Part shown: positions 58,582-64,000 of the stretch, one piece after another
Numbering within the stretch: the first letter of the stretch is position 1
Layout of the letters: each line of letters opens with the position of its first letter
Source: Candidatus Subterrananammoxibius californiae
Lineage (GTDB): Bacteria; Planctomycetota; Brocadiia; Brocadiales; Subterrananammoxibiaceae
NCBI GenBank assembly: GCA_030586555.1
Contig: JAURAC010000002.1
Span: 64,001-128,000 of the forward strand
DNA length: 64,000 nucleotides
Reading direction: 5' to 3'
Program-made: the position numbers and the translations under genes
Notes under the pieces: generated by a model
The model's input: only the letters and a program-made list of their open reading frames with translations
Database searches by the model: none
What the model was told of the DNA's origin: nothing

Positions 58582-59349
58582 TCAGGTGAGTTGCATCCTA
58601 AATGCTTTTTGATTTATTCCCACCCACCTCACTATTTCTGCAAGTTCCTTGAGTGTATTGACACCAAATATCTGCAAAGATTCCGAAATGCAGACTGTTT
58701 CTATCCTTTTGTTCATTGCGTGCAATACGGCTATCACATCTGTAAGATAATATTCCCCTTTTCTGTTTGTTGGCGCAACTGTGTCAAGTGCATCAAACAG
58801 TGCTTTTGCATTGAAGCAGTAAATGCCAGAATTTACCTCATTAATCTCCCTCTCCTCTTCTATTGCATCTACTTCCTCGATTATGCGTATTACCTTTCCT
58901 TCTTTATTCCTACAAATCCTGCCGTAACCCTGAGGATTATCAACTTTAGCGGTCAATATCGTACAATCAGCCCTATACTCATAATGACACTCAAGCAGGT
59001 TTCTGATAGTTTTAGCTTTAATAAGCGGCGCATCACCAGGAAGTACTACTATATTTCCTGAAAAGCCTCCAAGATAAACTCCGGCTGTTTTCACTGCATG
59101 ACCAGTACCGAGTTGCTCATGTTGGTCTATCCACTTAAGATTATTAAAACCTTTAAACGCATCTATAACCCTTTCACCTTGATACCCAACAACAACTAAA
59201 ATGCGGGAAATACCTGCGCCTCTGACTGCCGTTATAACCCATTCCAGAAGTGGTTTCCCGAAGATTTCATGTAGCACCTTTGGCTTATCAGACTTCATAC
59301 GTGTGCCCTTGCCAGCAGCCAGCACGATTGCCAGAGTTTCTTTCGTCAT
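58582..59349 (-). CDS. glmU: GlmU-like uridyltransferase (N-terminal domain only)
   Basis: LAAGKGTRMKS, QLGTGHA, GYGRI, EYYLTD, GVN; no hexapeptide acetyltransferase domain. Confidence 0.85.
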   Translation of the reverse strand: MTKETLAIVLAAGKGTRMKSDKPKVLHEIFGKPLLEWVITAVRGAGISRILVVVGYQGERVIDAFKGFNNLKWIDQHEQLGTGHAVKTAGVYLGGFSGNIVVLPGDAPLIKAKTIRNLLECHYEYRADCTILTAKVDNPQGYGRICRNKEGKVIRIIEEVDAIEEEREINEVNSGIYCFNAKALFDALDTVAPTNRKGEYYLTDVIAVLHAMNKRIETVCISESLQIFGVNTLKELAEIVRWVGINQKAFRMQLT

Positions 59350-59369
59350 ATAATCTTCTTAAAATCAGA

Positions 59370-59443
59370 TGGCTACCCGGGGAGGACTCGAACCTCCAAT
59401 GAGAGAACCAAAATCTCTAGTGTTACCATTACACTACCGGGTA
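59370..59443 (-). tRNA. tRNA-Gln(TTG)
   Basis: TACCCGG/CCGGGTA-GCCA; anticodon loop TTTTGGT; upstream of glmU-prs. Confidence 0.93.
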
Positions 59444-59523
59444 AACAAAAAAGATTACAGATTACAAATTGCAAATTACAGATTAAGAAGCATATTTTTT
59501 ATCTGTAATTTGTAATCTGTAGT

Positions 59524-61179
59524 CTAAATTAGCACCGCCCCTTTGTCAGCCGAACTCACGGCACTGGCGTATCGAGCAAGGTAGCCTTCCGTTACAACAG
59601 GGTTTGGAGGCGACCATTTCTTTCGGCGTTTATCAAGTTCAGACTCAGAAAGGACAACATCAAGCTTGCGGTTGGGTATATCAATAAGTATTTCGTCATT
59701 ATCCTTTACAAGCGCTATCGGCCCCCCAACCATCGCCTCTGGAGAAACATGCCCAATGCAAGGGCCCCTTGTGCCCCCTGAAAAGCGTCCATCAGTTATT
59801 AATGCGACTGAGTCTCCAAGCCCCATGCCCATAATTGCTGCGGTGGGCGAAAGCATCTCTCTCATCCCCGGTCCACCCTTGGGACCTTCGTATCTAATTA
59901 TTACCACCGTACCCTTGACAATTTCCTTATTCATTATTGCCTTCATGGCATGCTCTTCACGATTAAACACCTTTGCACGGCCTCGAAATAACATTGTTTC
60001 ATCTGACAGGGCGCTCTGCTTTACCACTGCGCCATCAGGAGCAAGTGAACCGTATAATACTGCTACACCGCCTTCCTTATGATTTGGATTCTCCTTTGTT
60101 CTTATAATTTCGTTGTCAAACACCTCAGCCTGCTTCGAAATCTCAGAAATTGTTAATCCTGATACCGTTAAACAATCATTGAGGCTATTTCCCAGTCGTT
60201 TCATTAATGCCGGCACGCCACCAGCGTAGTAGAAATCTTCAAGATAGTATTCGCCGCCCGGTAATAAACTCACCAGATGAGGTGTCCTTGCGCTTATTTT
60301 GTCAAAGAGCTTCAAATCTATTTCAAGCCCCGCCTCACTTGCTATTGCAGGGATATGAAGACAAGAGTTCGTTGAACCGCCAAGTGCCATGTCAATGGCT
60401 ATACCATTTTCAAATGCCTCCCTGGTCATTATCCTTCTTGCCGTAATATTATCTTTGACTAATTGAACGACCCTTTGGCCGCTTTTATAAGCAATCCTGT
60501 CCTTTTCGGCAGAAATGGCAAGGGTTGCAGCGCATTTGGGCAAGGACATACCCATGGCTTCAGATACACAAGCCATGGTGTTGGCAGTATAAAGCCCCTG
60601 ACACGACCCCGGTCCAGGACAAGCCTCTAATTCAAGGCATTCCATTTCCGCATCCGTTATTTCTCCCTTGAGCCGCCTCCCTACAGCCTCAAACGTGTCT
60701 TTGACCATCGAGAGCTTCTGCATCTTGTAACGGCCCGAAATCATAGGTCCTGCAGTAACAACGATACCAGGAATATCTATTCGGGCAAGACCCATGAGCA
60801 TTCCTGGGGTAATCTTATCGCAATTTGTGAGCAAGACAAGCCCATCGAGGCAGTGAGCATTCGTTACACACTCAATCATATCGGCAATCAGCTCCCGCGT
60901 TGCGAGCGAGTAGTACATGCCTTTATGACCCATGGCAATACCGTCACAAATACCCGGAATACCAAAGATAAAGCTTATGCCCCCTCCAGCATACACCCCC
61001 TTCTCGATGGCCGTTTCCAGCCGTCTCATGTGGGTATGGCCAGGGATTAGCTCGCTATAACTGCTTGCTATGCCAATAAAAGGCTTCCCTAAATCTTCCT
61101 TGCTAACACCGGTTGCATATAATAACGACCTGGCAGCCGCCCGTTCAAGCCCCTTTGTAATTGTTTCACTACGTAACAA
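59524..61179 (-). CDS. ilvD: Dihydroxy-acid dehydratase
   Basis: [34 protein letters not shown]. Confidence 0.97.
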   Translation of the reverse strand: MLRSETITKGLERAAARSLLYATGVSKEDLGKPFIGIASSYSELIPGHTHMRRLETAIEKGVYAGGGISFIFGIPGICDGIAMGHKGMYYSLATRELIADMIECVTNAHCLDGLVLLTNCDKITPGMLMGLARIDIPGIVVTAGPMISGRYKMQKLSMVKDTFEAVGRRLKGEITDAEMECLELEACPGPGSCQGLYTANTMACVSEAMGMSLPKCAATLAISAEKDRIAYKSGQRVVQLVKDNITARRIMTREAFENGIAIDMALGGSTNSCLHIPAIASEAGLEIDLKLFDKISARTPHLVSLLPGGEYYLEDFYYAGGVPALMKRLGNSLNDCLTVSGLTISEISKQAEVFDNEIIRTKENPNHKEGGVAVLYGSLAPDGAVVKQSALSDETMLFRGRAKVFNREEHAMKAIMNKEIVKGTVVIIRYEGPKGGPGMREMLSPTAAIMGMGLGDSVALITDGRFSGGTRGPCIGHVSPEAMVGGPIALVKDNDEILIDIPNRKLDVVLSESELDKRRKKWSPPNPVVTEGYLARYASAVSSADKGAVLI

Positions 61180-61532
61180 TTTTTTTATTACTATCTTTTC
61201 AGCCTTGCTCGCATATTAGCAAGCAAAGTATGCAGATTCTCCCTTTCTACCTTCTATTATTAGCCTTATGTAAAAATCTTCGATAATGACTCTGCTTAGA
61301 AATTTCCTCAGTTGGCATGTTATCATACCACATAAATCAAGTCAAGGAAATTTTAGTTAGGGGCAAAAAGTAAGTTACTACCCAATGCTTTCAACATGGG
61401 CAAACCTGCCTGAGGCGGTAGTTGGCTCGCTTACTTTTTTCTCCTTGACTTTTAGCAGGCGTCATGCTGAAATAACTAAAATCTTATTTTAGACCTCTAT
61501 TCTATTTTCCCAATCACAAATACTTATTGTAA

Positions 61533-61988
61533 ATGGAAGACAAAAACAAATTCCTCAAAGACGCAGTATTAGTAAGTGGCTGTATTGTTGGCTTACATTG
61601 CAGATATAATGGTTCTTCCGATGTTAAAGAGGACGTGCTTAAGAGGCTGAAGGAAATTAACTTTGTTCCTTTGTGCCCGGAACAACTTGGCGGGCTTCCT
61701 ACGCCAAGGCCGAGGGCATGGATTTCTTCTGGTGACGGAAGTGACGTGCTCTCGGGATGTTCATCTATTATAACTGAGGATGGTAAAGACGTAACCGATA
61801 ATTATATTAGGGGCGCAAAAGAGGTAGAACTAATAGTAAAACTTTTGGGGATTAAATTTGCTTACATGAAAAACAAAAGTCCATCCTGCGGATTCGGTAA
61901 GATATGGCGAGGTGACACGCTGGTTGATGGCAATGGCGTGTGTGCCGCACTACTGGCACAGAATAATGTTGAAATTATACCTGTTTGA
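61533..61988 (+). CDS. DUF523 / 2-thiouracil desulfurase-family protein
   Basis: VSGCIVG..CRYNG, CPEQLGGLPTPR, KSPSCG. Confidence 0.9.
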   Translation: MEDKNKFLKDAVLVSGCIVGLHCRYNGSSDVKEDVLKRLKEINFVPLCPEQLGGLPTPRPRAWISSGDGSDVLSGCSSIITEDGKDVTDNYIRGAKEVELIVKLLGIKFAYMKNKSPSCGFGKIWRGDTLVDGNGVCAALLAQNNVEIIPV

Positions 61989-62633
61989 TTGGGAGGAGAA
62001 TATATGGATTCTTCGGAACAAGCAGAGGTTCATGGGGTAAGGAAGGTTCAACCATTAAGAAGACTGTATGACTGGGTACTACACTGGGCAGAAACGCCTT
62101 ATGGGCCGTGGGCGCTCTTTATCCTTGCCTTTTGTGAATCTTCCTTTTTTCCCATCCCACCTGACGTACTATTAATAGCCCTTGCAATATCAATCGCAAA
62201 GAAATCCTTTAGATACGCCCTTATTTGCTCTGTGGGTTCGGTGCTTGGCGGATGTTTTGGTTACTTTATTGGATACGAATTCTTTGAACACGTCGGAAAG
62301 CCAATCATTCATCTTTATGGTGTGGGTGACAAATTTGAATTGGTAAGCCAGCAATACCAGAACAATGCCTTCGTGGCAGTTGCCATAGCAGGCTTTACAC
62401 CAATTCCTTATAAAGTATTCACGATTGCCGCTGGCGCCTGCAGTGTGAATTTTCTTACCTTTGTGATAGCTTCTGCCATCAGCCGAAGTGCACGGTTCTT
62501 TATAATAGCAGCGCTAATTTATCTTTTTGGCGGCAGGATTAAAAATTTTATTGATAGATATTTTAACGTAATATCAATAGCCTTTGTTGTACTTCTAATA
62601 GGTGGTTTTGCCATTATAAAACTTTTAAGATAG
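61989..62633 (+). CDS. YqaA/DedA-family membrane protein
   Basis: ESSFFPIPPD, FTPIPYKVFTI. Confidence 0.92.
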   Translation: MGGEYMDSSEQAEVHGVRKVQPLRRLYDWVLHWAETPYGPWALFILAFCESSFFPIPPDVLLIALAISIAKKSFRYALICSVGSVLGGCFGYFIGYEFFEHVGKPIIHLYGVGDKFELVSQQYQNNAFVAVAIAGFTPIPYKVFTIAAGACSVNFLTFVIASAISRSARFFIIAALIYLFGGRIKNFIDRYFNVISIAFVVLLIGGFAIIKLLR

Positions 62634-62668
62634 CCTGCCATTCCTTCAACAGGCTCACGACAAAACTT

Positions 62669-63595
62669 ATGAAGAAATTTCATTTGTACATCGTTTATTA
62701 TATCCTTGTGGCATTAACTCTTGTAGCCACCAGTTATAGCCAGCCTATGTTAAGGAACGTGCGAGAGCCTGTAGCAGCCGGGCGTTTTTACCCTTCCGAT
62801 GAGAACGTCTTAAGAACCGATGTAGAATCATATCTTGTAAAGGTTCCAAAACAAAACCTGCCCGGCAAGCCTGTGGCGCTGATTTCACCAAACGCCGGAT
62901 ATAAATATACTGGAATTGTAGCCGCCCACGGCTATAACACAATTAAAGGTCGTAACTACAAAAGGATTATAATCCTTGCACCAACGCATTATGGCAGGTT
63001 CAAAGGGGTATCTATTTCACGTGATACTCATTATCAAACCCCACTCGGTCCTGTAGCGATAGACGATGAGGTTTGTAATAAACTACTTGACCAGCCACCG
63101 CTATTTGGTACAGACCCTGAGGCTGATAAAAGGGAATATTCAATTGAAGTCCAGCTCCCATTCCTGCAAAGCGTATTGAAGGACTTCAAAATTGTTCCCC
63201 TGCTCCTTGGAAACCTCAAGAAAGAGGATATTGAAAAGGTCGCAGAGGCTATAAAATCTTTCGTGACAGATGACACCCTTCTAATCGCAAGTTCCGACTT
63301 TACTCACTACGGAGACGCCTTCAACTACGCTCCTTTTCGAAAGGATATCGAAGAAAACATCAAAAAACTCGATTACGGTGCCTTTGAAAGGATACTTGCA
63401 TTGGACTCAGAAGGATTCCTTCAATACAGGATTGAAACTGGTATCACTGCTGATGGCTTCCTGCCTATAGGGCTACTTCTCAGACTTTTGCCTCCTGAAG
63501 CAAAGGGAACGCTATTAACTTATGAGACCTCTGGCAAACAAAGTGGAGATTTTACTTATTCCGTTAGTTACGCCTCGATAGTGTTTACCAAATGA
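62669..63595 (+). CDS. MEMO1 / AmmeMemoRadiSam protein B homolog with signal peptide
   Basis: REPVAAGRFYP, SIEVQLPFLQ, SSDFTHYG, SVSYAS. Confidence 0.9.
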   Translation: MKKFHLYIVYYILVALTLVATSYSQPMLRNVREPVAAGRFYPSDENVLRTDVESYLVKVPKQNLPGKPVALISPNAGYKYTGIVAAHGYNTIKGRNYKRIIILAPTHYGRFKGVSISRDTHYQTPLGPVAIDDEVCNKLLDQPPLFGTDPEADKREYSIEVQLPFLQSVLKDFKIVPLLLGNLKKEDIEKVAEAIKSFVTDDTLLIASSDFTHYGDAFNYAPFRKDIEENIKKLDYGAFERILALDSEGFLQYRIETGITADGFLPIGLLLRLLPPEAKGTLLTYETSGKQSGDFTYSVSYASIVFTK

Positions 63596-64000
63596 AAAGC
63601 GAGCAACGAGCAATGAGCAATGGGGGTAGACAACGAACTTTATGTTCGTTGAAGTTAGAGTCAACGATGATAAACATCGTTGTCTACCTTTTATCGTTAA
63701 GTTTTCTTGCAATGCCAGTTCTTGCCCAACCACAAAAGTCTGTGCGAGAACCGGCAGTCGCCGGGAGCTTTTATTCGGCTGATGAATCCACCTTAAGAGA
63801 ACAAATAGAATCTTTCTTTAGCAAGGTACCCGAGTCCGCCTCAGGCGGAAACGATAAACCGATTGCGCTCATTTCTCCCCATGCTGGCTACCGGTACTCC
63901 GGGCTTGTAACCGCATACGGCTATAACACGATTAAAAACAAGAATTACAAGCGGGTGATTGTGCTTGCCCCAAGCCATTACGGTAGCTTTAAGGGCGTAT
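63592..64000 (+). CDS. Second MEMO1 paralog (partial, runs off window end; alternative start 63667)
   Basis: REPAVAGSFY, ISPHAGYRYSG, LAPSHY; ATGA overlap with first paralog. Confidence 0.88.
   Translation, partial: MKSEQRAMSNGGRQRTLCSLKLESTMINIVVYLLSLSFLAMPVLAQPQKSVREPAVAGSFYSADESTLREQIESFFSKVPESASGGNDKPIALISPHAGYRYSGLVTAYGYNTIKNKNYKRVIVLAPSHYGSFKGV

Noticed and set aside
58582..59349. glmU as a pseudogene
   Set aside because: The domain ends cleanly with no acetyltransferase remnant before prs; stand-alone uridyltransferases are known
268..63733. Numerous short antisense or overlapping ORFs in the ORF track
   Set aside because: They are shadows of well-supported genes, without RBS or recognisable motifs

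Overview
Chromosomal window from an anammox planctomycete (Candidatus Brocadiia-like). The main evidence is an octaheme hydrazine dehydrogenase (hdh/hzo) at 6722-8440, alongside hopanoid genes (hpnH, hpnG-like) and a lipid A/BamA cluster. The backbone is housekeeping: mlaEFD, tnaA, cobM, an RND pump, partial T2SS gspH/G/E, hslUV, purE, tyrS, valS, radC, an lpxA/lpxC/skp/bamA/dnaB/rplI/rpsR/ssb/rpsF/pth/rplY/prs/glmU run, ilvD, two MEMO paralogs and 3 tRNAs. At least eight intact or broken toxin-antitoxin modules are interspersed, with no integrase or transposase in the window. Most striking: several TA modules are followed by a second, diverged copy of the 3' end of the upstream gene (cytochrome c gene, tRNA-Met, radical SAM gene twice). 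Two genes (valS and an FGE-domain gene) are preceded by a displaced older 5' end. Differences between copies are mostly synonymous or compensatory, suggesting repeated 'gene-end replacement' insertions. Also seen: half attC sites beside two orphan ORFs, many inverted heptamer arrays of different sequence, REP-like palindromes inserted in frame in proteins, a candidate anti-Shine-Dalgarno sRNA, and a uORF in the hdh leader. All calls were made by eye; no searches were run.
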